Of a stretch of 64,000 nucleotides of DNA, positions 1 to 11,443 are shown piece after piece. A program made the position numbers and the translations under genes. A model generated the notes under the pieces. That model ran no database searches. It worked only from the letters and a program-made list of their open reading frames with translations, and was not told the origin of the DNA. This DNA comes from Eledone cirrhosa. Taxonomy: Eukaryota. The first letter of the stretch is position 1, and the number at the start of each line of letters is the position of its first letter. Location: positions 28,582,001 through 28,646,000 of the forward strand of contig OZ024750.1 in NCBI GenBank assembly GCA_964016885.1. The letters run 5' to 3'.

Positions 1-517
1 GCTGGCCTTGTGCCAAAAGTAGAAACAATTATTTACAAACTTCCAGACTTAAAACTACAACGAAATTGAAAGGAAATAAATCAAGGCCATGCTCCAGCAT
101 GGCCGCAATCCAACGTGTGAAAACCAGTAAAAATATAGAATGTGTGTGTGTGTGTAGATTTATGCATGAGTGAGTGTGAGTGAGTGTGAGTGTGTGTGAG
201 TGTGTGTAGGTGTGGATGTGTGTGGATATGTGAGTGTGTGTTTGTGTGAGCGTGAGGGTTTAACGGTGTATAGTTACATCGTCGAACGGATTGTTTACTT
301 TTACACACACACACGGAAACACACAAACAAACATAGATACACAGATACACACAAACATATAGATAAATACACACATACACATTTCAGCAATATTTAGTTT
401 AACATATGTTGAGTTGTGTTTATACCATATATATACAGTATATATATATATATATATATATTTATACGGGGTAACAAATAATTGTTATATGCAGTCCACT
501 TAGGTGTATATATATAT

Positions 518-742
518 ATGTATATATAGTAATAATAATAAATATGAAGACTAAAATCCAAAGAGGGCTCGATAAGGATAAATATATATCAAATATATAA
601 GAACCGTAGAGCAAATATTTATTAAAATAACAGATTAAAGTTTTTAAGCAAAGAATCGCTGCTTTCACCCTTTGAGAAGATCCCGTTGAGGGTGAAAGCA
701 GCGATTCTTTGCTTAAACTTTAATCTGTTATTTTAATAAATA
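518..742. mobile_element. Short fold-back pLTR-like element (family E) in (TA)n
   Basis: Inverted arms ~614-671 and ~688-742. Right arm reads GAAGA-TCCC-GTTGA-GGGT-GAAA-GC (partial hammerhead). Related fragments at 13972-14120 and 61844-61900. Confidence 0.65.
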
Positions 743-780
743 TATATATATGTACTGTATATTTATTTATATATATACAC

Positions 781-828
<48 letters not shown>

Positions 829-1174
829 TATATTTATTTATATATATACACATATATACATATATATAGCTATATAAATACATATAACAAATATATATAT
901 ATATTGTTTCCTCCCGTTGCATTGTATTTTCTACGCCATCTTTATTTAATCTGTTTATATATTTATTTATTTGTTTATTTTTTTTGTCTTCTTTGCGCAT
1001 GCGTTTGCGTGTGTGTATAGTGTTTTGTTCGATGTGTGTCGTGATTGGGTGACTGTGTATTGGTTAATGTATTCTATCTTTACTAGTGTGTGTTTATATG
1101 TATTTGTTGTTATTGTGCTTGTGTATGTATTTATTTATTTATTTATTTATCTATTTATTTATTTATTTATTTAT

Positions 1175-3560
1175 TTATACTTCTCTTAGGTCAGTGATGT
1201 TTGTTTGGGTGGTGTTGTTATTCCATTCATTTTTTCTGTTTAGCTTTGGCCTTCTAAATTCTATTTCACTGGTCTCTCTGATTTGCCTATCTGCTGGGTC
1301 ATTTCTATGTTTAGATATTATTCTAATTTCTATGTTGTCTATGTTACTGTTGTGTTGTTGTCTGGCATGTTCGTATAGTACTGAACTGTTTTTTCGCCCT
1401 TTTAGCCCCCCCCCCCCCCGTGTTGGTCTATCCTTTCACCTATGCTACGAGCTGTCTCGCCTATGTATGTTGTTGTCATGTTTCTGCAAGTACCCTCTGT
1501 ACATCTTATGCTATAGACTACGTTTCTAGTTTTACAGTTTATCCGGGGGTTTACCTTGCATATGATACATTTCCTATTAGTACAGTGGGTTTTCTTAAAA
1601 GGGTAGGTTTTGCTGATCAGGGATTTTATGGTGGTTCCTGGCTTTTCTACCACCTTAATCTTTAAATGGGTCTTTCTCAGGGCCTTTCTACACTGGTTAG
1701 CTAATTTCCCTCCAGGGGTAGCGTCCACAAACATGACACTCTGGTATCTCTGGTTGTCGTACCATGAGGTGGCTTTCCCTATCTTATATCTAGCCCTATC
1801 TAAGCTATTCCATGATTTGCTCCAGTATAATGGGCAAATTCCTTTCATGTCCAGTTCTATGAGGGTCTTATACTTCTCCGTGGCTCCTTCGTATACTCTG
1901 ATTCTGTCTCTTTGGTTGTAGCCAGAGAACTGCATGCGGTTGAGGAAGTGTTGGATGTGTCTTTCCATTTCTGTTGGGTCGCACATGCGGGACACGTTCT
2001 TCATCACTCGTACCAAGTCTGCGATCAGAATATTAAACTTAGCACTACTGGACATTGCTGAGTTTTTGAGTATCAGGTATTTGGAAGCCATGGGTTTAGC
2101 ATAGTGTGAGTTGAGAATTTGGGCTCTCTCGTCTACAGTGTTAATCCAGAGTTCCGTGTCTAATACAGGTAGTCTATTGTTAGGGTGTTTGGAAGGGTAG
2201 TCGATAGTTACAGTTATACTCTGGTGTATGGAATTAGCTATCTGCTGGATGCTTTCCATTGTGCTACGTTCTAAATCAAACTTGTTAGTGCTCTCTTGTG
2301 GGGATGTTCTTATAACTATATTGATATCGTCTACGTAACGAGAGTACATGATGAGATCTATGGAGCTCTCATTAAGGAGATCTTTAAATCTCCTTTCCCA
2401 CCATACCATAAAAAGGTTGGCAACGTCACCAGCTATGCTGACGCCAATGGCTGCTCCCTCATTTTGCGTGTAGATCTTCTCGTTGAACTTGAATATGTGG
2501 CCCTTTAGGGTAATTTTGATACTAGCCCCCATTGCATGTGCGACCATTTTTCTTACCTGATCATTGTTTTGGGGGGTCCGTATAGCTTTGGTCCACCCAA
2601 TCCACCTTCCCATGGGAGTCTTTTTAGCCATTGAGGTTATGGTGGGAGGGTCTACCTCTTATGGATCTACTGGGGCAGAAACGTCTAAGGTCATGGCTGT
2701 CTAGGTAGTCAGTGTCGTAGGTAAATCTAAGTAGGAGGCGCAGTTCGTCTGTGTCAACGTCGCAGAACTCCACCTCACTCTCAATGATCATCATCACACA
2801 TTTTTCCACAGCAAAATCAATGTTAATGGATGGGTACAGTGATACCACATCCATGCTGCCTATTATGCAGTTGGATAGGTTCCTGTTTTTGTTGCACTCA
2901 CTGATTCTGCTGAGGAGGTCCTCTGTACTGTCACATACATCTGGGGACATCTTGATTATGGGGCGTATAACCATTGAGAGGAAGTAGGAGATCCTGTAGT
3001 TGGTAGCTATATTTGCTCCGCATACGGGTCTTGTTGGTGGTCCTGTTGTCGGGTCGTCGACTGTCTTGTGGTCTTTGCGGAGCCCATACAAGGGTGGTAT
3101 GCCATTGTTAGACGCCTGGAAGTTGTTGGCAGTGCGTCTGCTTGGCTTTAGGATGTCGGTCCACATCATCATGTGAGCGTTGAGGATTTTCTCTCTCCCA
3201 TCATGTATTTGCTGTGCAATTTCGCTCGTGTTGGTGATGTTGGATTGCATAGCCTTGATGTAGTTCGGCATGCTGTCTTTTGACATCCTACCAGACTTAT
3301 CCGTGGGTAGACATACTACCTCACCATCCCTTGTGCGCTGCTTGAGGCTAACCAAGCCTTCTACAGGTTTCCTCCCAAGTTGTTGGACCTCTGGTCTGCT
3401 CTGTCTCTTAGTATACCGGTCTACTATTTGTCTAATCTTATTTCTAGCTATGGTGAACTGTGCCTCTGTCTCGTCATCTATTTGTTGTGGTATGCAAACT
3501 CTTTTATTAAAGGGTAACCTCGTAGGATAGATATTACCCATCTAATATGTTTTGTCAGCT
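1175..3560 (-). pseudogene. PLE reverse transcriptase + C-terminal GIY-YIG endonuclease, frameshifted
   Basis: RT motifs LYGLRKDHK, GPPTRPV, GSMDVVSLYPSI, GAAIGVSIAGDVANLFM, YSRYVDD, LPVLD. Cys linker CTNRKCIIC, then NVVYSIRC...YIGETARSIGERIDQH. After the poly-C frameshift at ~1405 another frame continues SVLYEHARQQH...DPADRQIRE...PKLNRKNEW to a stop at 1175-1177. Second frameshift at ~2628. Confidence 0.92.
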
Positions 3561-3579
3561 GGGTTGAAGAATAGTTTCT

Positions 3580-4170
3580 CTAAGAGGTTGTCATTATATC
3601 TATCGACATAGTTGTGTGTGTTGCTATTATTGTTATTATGGTGGTTGTTGTTGTTCCTATCATTAGCATTATTATTATTGTTATGATTGCTAGATGTATT
3701 GTTGCTGTGATTGTTAGATGTATTGTTGTTATGATTGCTAGTGTATTGTTGCTGTGATTGTTAGATGTATTGTTGTTGTTTTCTCCACCGTTATTGTTGT
3801 TGTTACTGTTATTTCTACCATTGTGGTTGTTACTTTTATTATGTTTCTTGTTTTTGTTGTGTCTATCATTAATGTTGCTACATGTATTATTTCTATTATT
3901 ACCACTGTGGTTGTTGTTGTTGTTGTTGTTGTTATTCGTATTGTTACCGTTATTACTACTATGGTCGCTGCTGATGTGTCTGTAGTTAATGTTTCTATTA
4001 TTATTATTATTGTGGTTGTTGTTGTTGTTGTTCTGTCTAATCGTTAATATTATTACCATTATTACTATTTCTCACTCTCCTGCTATTGTTATTGTTATGA
4101 CTATTACTATTATAGCTGTTATTTCTATACTCAGAGTTATTGTTTATATTACTACTACCGTTATTATTGT
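3580..4170. repeat. Mixed (GTT/ATT)n trinucleotide tract within the PLE 5' region
   Basis: Direct reading; gives the Asn-rich ORF 3580..4059. Confidence 0.85.
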
Positions 4171-4334
4171 AGTCACCCAATCACTATCACACATCAAACA
4201 AAACACTCTACACACACGCAAACGCATGCGCAAAGAAGACAAAAAAACAAAAACAAATAAATAAATATATAAACAGACTAAATAAAGATGGCGTAGACAA
4301 TATATATATATATATATATAAAGATGGCGTAAAA

Positions 4335-4365
<31 letters not shown>

Positions 4366-4396
4366 CATATATACAAGAACAGGAAAAAAAGAAAAA

Positions 4397-4497
<101 letters not shown>

Positions 4498-4658
4498 TTT
4501 TTTTTGATAGCATTCTGCCAGTATTGGCTCAGGCCATGTCAACCTTAAAAGCAGCACCTGGCGAGGTCTTTCATATTGTGGGTTCACAACCCAGTCATGA
4601 TTTGGACAGCGTAGCCCAATCTAATAAAGGGTTATTGTTTTCAGAACCATCAGGATGT

Positions 4659-4714
<56 letters not shown>

Positions 4715-4715
4715 C

Positions 4716-4767
<52 letters not shown>

Positions 4768-4768
4768 C

Positions 4769-4805
<37 letters not shown>

Positions 4806-4831
4806 CACTTACATACATTTGTGGTTGGGTG

Positions 4832-4890
<59 letters not shown>

Positions 4891-5064
4891 TTGGATGCAT
4901 ATATATACGTATTTACACATACATACATGAACGAATATATATATATATATATACATACATCTAAATACTTACATATGCATATATATATATACATGGATAC
5001 TTACATATATTTACATATACATACACAGATGCATACATATATTTACATATATATATATATATAT

Positions 5065-5172
5065 ACATGGATGCATATATATATATTTACATATACATAC
5101 ATAGATGCATACATATATATATATATATATTTACATATACTGTCCATACATGGATGGCTGCATACATACATG

Positions 5173-5220
<48 letters not shown>

Positions 5221-5402
5221 TATACATAGACATACATGGATACATACATATATATTTACATATATATGTATACATACATAATCGCAGACATATATATATA
5301 TACATAGATGCATATATATATTTACATATACATACACGAATGCATACAAATATATATTTACATATACATACATAGATGCATATATATATATATATACATA
5401 GA

Positions 5403-5440
<38 letters not shown>

Positions 5441-5442
5441 GA

Positions 5443-5520
<78 letters not shown>

Positions 5521-5647
5521 TCTATGTATGTATATGTAAATATATATATGCATCTCTGTATGTATATATATATGTCTGCGATTATGTATGTATACATATA
5601 TATGTAAATATATATGTATGCATCCATGTATGTGTATGTATATGTAA

Positions 5648-5706
<59 letters not shown>

Positions 5707-5800
5707 CAGCCATCCATGTATGGACAGTATATATATATATATATATATGTATGTATGCATCTATGTATGTATATGTAAATATATATATATATGCATCCAT
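5065..5800. repeat. Inverted duplication of TA/CATA-rich sequence around a (TA)n core
   Basis: Unique marks actgtccatacatggatggctgcatac (~5139-5165) and cataatcgcagaca (~5277-5290) reappear reverse-complemented at ~5702-5728 and ~5573-5586. Confidence 0.8.
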
Positions 5801-5821
5801 ATATATATATACACATATATA

Positions 5822-5853
<32 letters not shown>

Positions 5854-6429
5854 CATACATATATACACATATATATATATATACATATATACATATATAA
5901 TAAGCATATATTTAAGTTCAAACAATGCGCCAAATGGCTGTAATGCTGGAAGTGTTGGGCAACGGCGCCACGTCTTAGCATACTGTCAGTACAGCTGCAA
6001 TAGTTGTGAAGACTCAATTCTTACTATGCTGCTCCTGCTGCTGCTGCTGTTAGTGCTGCTGCTGCTGCTGCTGCTATTGATGGTGGCGGCGGCGCCGGTG
6101 GTGTGTGGTTAGTAGTGACCTCAGCTGTGATTTGCCTGCCGCGGCGGCACTACGTCCGAAGCCCCTATTTGCAGAAGAAGGGTTTCACTAAACAAAAGAA
6201 GGAATCAAAACTTTTGCCTGCTCTTTACCTCCTCCCCCTAACCACTTCCTTCCTTCCTCCCTTCCTTCCCTCTCTCTCTCTCTCTCTCCCCCCCCCACCC
6301 CTCTATCTCTCTCTCTCTATCTCTCTCTCTCTATCTCTGTCACCTCTACGCCCAGCTGCGGGTGGTGTGGAGACGGCTATGTCGTTAAACAAAGAAAGCA
6401 ACTCGACTCTCCTTAACAGTCTGGTGTTT

Positions 6430-8092
6430 TTATTGTTGTTGTTGTTGTTGTTGTTGTGGTGGTGGTGGGTTTTTTTCATGCTAGTGTTGTTGTTTCTGGT
6501 GATGGTGACAGTCTTGGTGGTGTTGTTGTTTGTGTTGTTGTTGCTGTTTGTGTTGGTTTTGTTGTGGTTTCTGGTGTTGTTGTTGTTTGTGGTGGTGGTG
6601 GTGTTGTTGTTGGTGTGGTTTGTGGTGTTGTTGTTGTTGGTGTGGTTTGTGGTGTTGTTGTTGTTGTTTGTGGTGGTGGTGGTGGTGGTGTTGTTGTTGG
6701 TGTGGTTTGTGGTGTTGTTGTTGTTGTTGTTTGTGGTGGTGGTGGTGGTGGTGTTGCTGTTGGTGTGGTTTGTGGTGTTGTTGTAGTTTGTGGTGTTGCT
6801 GTTTGTGTTGGTTTTGTTGTGGTTTCTGGTGTTGTTGTTGTTGTAGTTTGTGGTGTTGTTGTTTGTGGTGTTGTTGCTGTTTGTGTTGGTTTTGTTGTGG
6901 TTTCTGGTGTTGTTGTTTGTGGTGGTGGTGGTGTTGTTGTTGTTGGTGTTGTTGTTATTGTAGTTTGTGGTGTTGTTGTTTGTGGTGTTGTTGTTTGTGG
7001 TGTTGTTGCTGTTTGTGTTGGTTTTGTTGTGGTTTCTGGTGTTGTTGTTTGTGGTGGTGGTGGTGGTGGTGTTGTTGTTGGTGTGGTTTGTGGTGTTGTT
7101 GTTGTTGTAGTTTGTGGTGTTGTTGTTTGTGGTGTTGTTACTGTTTGTGTTGGTTTTGTTGTGGTTTCTGGTGTTGTTGTTTGTGGTGGTGGTGGTGGTG
7201 GTGTTGTTGTTGGTGTGGTTTGTGGTGTTGTTGTTGTTGTAGTTTGTGGTGTTGTTGTTTGTGGTGTTGTTGCTGTTTGTGTTGGTTTTGTTGTTGTTTC
7301 TGGTGTTGTTGTTGTTTGTGGTGGTGGTGGTGTTGTTGTTGGTGTGGTTTGTGTTGTTGTTGTTGTTGTAGTTTGTGGTGTTGTTGTTTGTGGTGTTGTT
7401 GCTGTTTGTGTTGGTTTTGTTGTGGTTTCTGGTGTTGTTGTTTGTGGTGGTGGTGGTGTTGTTGTTGTTGGTGTTGTTGTTATTGTAGTTTATGGTGTTG
7501 TTGTTTGTGGTGTTGTTGTTTGTGGTGTTGTTGCTGTTTGTGTTGGTTTTGTTGTTGTTTCTGGTGTTGTTGTTGTTTGTGGTGGTGGTGGTGTTGTTGG
7601 TGTGGTTTGTGGTGGTGGTGGTGGTGGTGTTGTTGGTGTGGTTTGTGGTGGTGTTGGTGTGGTTTGTGGTGTTGTTGTTGTTGTAGTTTGTGGTGTTGTT
7701 GGTGTGGTTTGTGGTGTTGTTGGTGTGGTTTGTGGTGTTGTAGTTTGTGGTGTTGCTGTTTGTGGTGTTGTTGTTTGTGGTGTTGTTGTTTGTGGTGTTG
7801 TTTGTGGTGTTGTTGGTGTAGTTTGTTGTTGTGCTGGTGATAGTGTTGCTGGTGTCTGTGGTGCTGGTGATAGTGTTGGTGGTGGTGGTGGTGTTGTGTT
7901 TTGTGGTGCCGGTGATAGTGTTGGTGCTGTTGTTATTGTTGTTTATGGTGGTGGTGCTGTTGTTGTTTATGGTGCTGGTGTTGGTGCTGTTGTTGTTTGT
8001 GGTGATGGTGTTGGTGCTGGTGGTGTTGATTGTGGTGATGGTGGTGGTGGTGGTGGTGGTGGTGATGGTGTGTGCGCTGTTGTTGGTGGTGC
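6430..8092. repeat. Compound (GTT/GGT)n array with a ~132-bp higher-order unit; mucin-like Pro/Thr/Gln frame on the minus strand with stops
   Basis: Marker GTTTGTGTTGGTTTTGTTG recurs at 6546, 6801, 6879, 7011, 7143, 7275, 7404 and 7536. Confidence 0.85.
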
Positions 8093-8639
8093 CTATCCGG
8101 TATAGAATAGAGACACCATATTCCTGTATGTTATAAGAGGGGTGTCGAAAGGTTGGCGCCAGGAATGGTAACGGGCTCCAAACCATTGCTTCTCAAAGGA
8201 ACCTATGATAAATATGAGACCATGGCATGGGGGCCAACAAAGCTACTCCTTCATTAAATAAAGGGAAGCGGTATTAAGACCCTGGCTGCTTCTCTGTTGT
8301 GAGTTATAATCCCACCGTGACAGTCATGGGGCGGTTTAATCTGTTAGTTCTTTTCTCTAGAAACTGTGACCTTTTCTAGCATAAACTCTACCTATGTTAG
8401 AAAACATATATTACAGTATTAATTATATAAAGTACCAGTAATGCACTGGTAATTGCTGGTCTTGTGCCTAAAGTAGAAACAATTAATTATATTCATCTGT
8501 TCTAGGGTCCTTTAAAGGATTCAATATCAATATGCAAGTTTCGATTGGACTACACAGGCGTTCGATCGAATCTTTAGATAAAAACCGGACATTTTTATAA
8601 GAGATGAAAATACGTAAAACATTTTATCTAAACAGGTTA

Positions 8640-8913
8640 TATATATATAATATATATAATATATATTTATTTATTTATTATATATATATAATGTATATAT
8701 ATTTATATATTATATATATTTATTTATTTATAAATATAATAGATATATATTATATATTCTATATATTTATTTATTTATAAATATAATAGATATATATTAT
8801 ATATTCTATATATTTATTTATTTATAAATATAATAGATATATATTATATATTATATATATTTATTTATTTATATATATAATAGATATATATTATATATAT
8901 AATATATTATATA

Positions 8914-8951
<38 letters not shown>

Positions 8952-9278
8952 ATATATAATATATTATATATATTTATTTATTTATATATATATATATAAT
9001 ATATATAATATATTATATATATAATATATTATATATATATATAATATATATAATATATTATATATATTTATATATTATATATATGATATATATAATATAT
9101 TATATATATTTATTTATTTATATATATATATAATATATTATATATATTTTTATATATATATATATAATATATTTATATATATATATATATATATAATATA
9201 TTATATATAGTTATTTATATATATATATAATATATTATATATATTTATTTTTATATATATATATATATATAATATAAT
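8640..9278. repeat. Degenerate (TA)n/AT-rich microsatellite
   Basis: Direct reading. Similar tracts at 10030-10150, 10235-10615, 31935-32590, 35990-36760, 41200-42170 and 62995-63448. Confidence 0.95.
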
Positions 9279-9566
9279 ATGCAGAAGAGTTATATTTAAT
9301 TTGTTGGGATTCAACAAGCTTAAAAAATGTTATAACTGATATAACGCACTCAACAGATTAGTGGAGTAAATAGTCAATATATTAATAAATGGAAACTATA
9401 TTTATAAAACCATAATTATTTTATTATATATATTTCAAGGGCAACCAAAGCAAATTTTGGTGCGCTTTCATGAGATAAAATACAAATTTGTTTTATAAAT
9501 ATTGGCATACCCGCATAAAGACAACCTTAACGGTTGAGGTTCGCTGGATGTCAATATTTATAAAAC
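9279..9566 (-). mobile_element. Family B pLTR-like element with degenerate hammerhead
   Basis: Homologous to 11084-11410, 31314-31583, 34557-34756 and 55781-56182 (shared aataaatggaaactatatttataaaaccata...tttcaaggg). Core mutated to CUCAUGA. Confidence 0.75.
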
Positions 9567-10025
9567 AGAGGCAATAAACATAAATGAACTCCAACCAAAA
9601 TTAAATAGAAAACATGAATGGAATAGCAACATCACAACTTACAATTAAGGACAAAATTAAAACACACACACACATAGAACAAACAACCAACCAGTAACAT
9701 GTAAATAAACAAATAAATAAACAAATATAAACACACACAGACACCCCGATCTAACACATGAGCAAACTAAGCACGCAACACACACAAAAACAAGATGGCG
9801 TAGAACAGAACAAAGGAGAGGCACAAAAACAAAGAAAAGAATCCACAGTCACTGAAGAGGTCACAGAATGTGTGACGAAAGAACTTTGACAATATATGAA
9901 CAACCGTCTGGTTATGGAACCAACCAACGAACCGGAAATTTATAAATTCTTAAATTTATAATAAATTGGAGTGAAAGCAACTGGTGCGTGTGTTTCTTAT
10001 TGCCAACATGACCCTCCCAAAGCAT

Positions 10026-10031
<6 letters not shown>
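9560..10031 (+). mobile_element. 3' fragment of a PLE related to the 904-4298 element (ORF end + pLTR; family A)
   Basis: Translates KTEAININELQPKLNRKHEWNSN* (compare PKLNRKNEWNNN). Shares aagatggcgtaga. Ends gaccctcccaaagcataacaat-(AT)n like 57215-57535. Confidence 0.8.
9848..9890 (+). ncRNA. Minimal type I hammerhead ribozyme motif
   Basis: GUCA-CUGAAGA-G-GUCAC-agaaugu-GUGAC-GAAA-GAAC-UU-UGAC; stems I, II and III all pair. Confidence 0.8.
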
Positions 10032-10068
<37 letters not shown>

Positions 10069-10518
10069 TATATATATATAATATATATATATAATATATT
10101 ATATATATATAATATATATATATATAATATATATATATATATATAATATAGTGAAAACTTGGATGGGAACAAAAACAGAGAGGCAGTACAAATAAAAGTT
10201 TATTAGGTTCACGCTCTTGTGAGTTGGGTGGGGTATATATTATATATAATATATATATATTATATATATATATATTATATATATATATATATTATATATA
10301 TATATATATTATATATATATATATATATTATATATATATATTTTATATATATATTATATATATATATATTATATATATATATTATATATATATATATATT
10401 ATATATATATATTATATATATATATTTTATATATATATTTTATATATATATATATATTTTATATATATTATATATATATATATATTATATATATATATAT
10501 TTTATATATATATATATA

Positions 10519-10559
<41 letters not shown>

Positions 10560-10649
10560 ATATATATATTATATATATATATTTAAAATATATATTATAT
10601 ATATATATATATTATTGATAATAATAAAAATAATAATTATTATAATTAT

Positions 10650-10872
10650 AAGGGTGGTGAATTGGCAGTATCGGTAGAGAGTCGGACACCACTCTTTGCA
10701 GCATAGAGGTACGGCCCTTTACGGTCAGAGTTCAAATCCCGCCGAGGTTAACTTTGCCTTTCATCCTTACGGGGTCGATAAAATAAAGCACCAGTAATGA
10801 ACTGGGGTCGATTTAATCGACTTTCCCCACCCTAAAATTGCTGGCCTTCTGCCTATATAAGAAACCATTATT
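10650..10872 (+). mobile_element. tRNA-derived SINE, family SINE-A (representative full copy)
   Basis: A box tggcagtatcggtaga, B box gttcaaatccc, central gcctttcatccttacggggtcgataaaataaag (resembles the Meta-type SINE domain, from memory), tail agaaac(a/c)attatt. About 35 full or partial copies occur in the window. Confidence 0.9.
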
Positions 10873-11072
10873 AAGGCTCAATAGAGAGCCTTGTTACTCT
10901 GGAGTTTCGACTCTTTATCACAGGGTCATCAGTCAAGAACTTAGCTCTTGTCTGATGACCCTGTGATAAACCCCAGAACAACAAGACTCTATTTAGCCTT
11001 AATAAAATGAATATTAAAACTATTTCGGTATTGATTACACTTTTCACTTAACCGTCAACCAGATACGGATAA
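10868..11072. mobile_element. Fold-back element with a hammerhead-like motif
   Basis: Arms ~10868-10938 and ~10947-11004. Minus strand 10890-10937 reads CUUGA-CUGAUGA-CCCUGUGAUAAAGAGUC-GAAA-CUC-CA-GAG-UA-ACAAG. Confidence 0.7.
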
Positions 11073-11083
11073 TATATATATAT

Positions 11084-11405
11084 AAGTAGAAGGGGTATTT
11101 AATTTGTTGGAAGTCCGACAAATATAAATGTTTATAACTGATTTAGAGCACTCAATATGTTACTGGATTAAATATTCAATGATATTAAATAAATGGAAAC
11201 TATATTTATAAAACCATATTTATTTTATTATATATATTTCAAGGGTGCCGAGACACATTGGTACGCTTTCATCAGATAAAATACAAAGTTTGTTTTATAA
11301 ATAGAGACATACCCATGAAAATCATATCTTATCGGTTGGATATTCACTGGATTTTCACTATCCATGAATATGGTTTTATAAATATAGTTTACATTTATTT
11401 AATAT

Positions 11406-11410
<5 letters not shown>
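11084..11410 (-). mobile_element. Family B fold-back element with hammerhead (11224-11280 minus)
   Basis: Minus strand UUUAU-CUGAUGA-AAG...CUU-GAAA-UAUA-UA-UAAUAAA. Inverted arm ends aatatcattg-(TA)n. Confidence 0.8.

Positions 11411-11441
<31 letters not shown>

Positions 11442-11443
<2 letters not shown>

Larger units (their letters stand above)
904..4298 (-). mobile_element. Penelope-like retroelement (possibly Neptune-like), 5'-truncated, with an inverted partial pLTR at its 5' side
   Basis: Contains the RT/GIY-YIG pseudogene below. 932-1055 is the reverse complement of 4170-4296. Both ends abut (TA)n. Confidence 0.9.

Noticed and set aside
4505-4665. Possible plus-strand exon after tttttgatag
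   Set aside because: No recognisable product or clear donor; an isolated island in (TA)n, more likely a repeat fragment.
6303-8186. 627-aa Thr/Asn ORF and the antisense Val/Gly/Cys and Cys/Trp ORFs as real CDS
   Set aside because: Openness follows from GTT/GGT composition; there is no domain and the ends run into (GA)n or repeat sequence.
8490-8606. Helitron-like 3' fragment
   Set aside because: Only a vague resemblance, with no second copy or clear terminal hairpin in the window.
10650-10745. tRNA gene
   Set aside because: A/B boxes belong to a SINE head that continues into the SINE body; the same holds for all copies.
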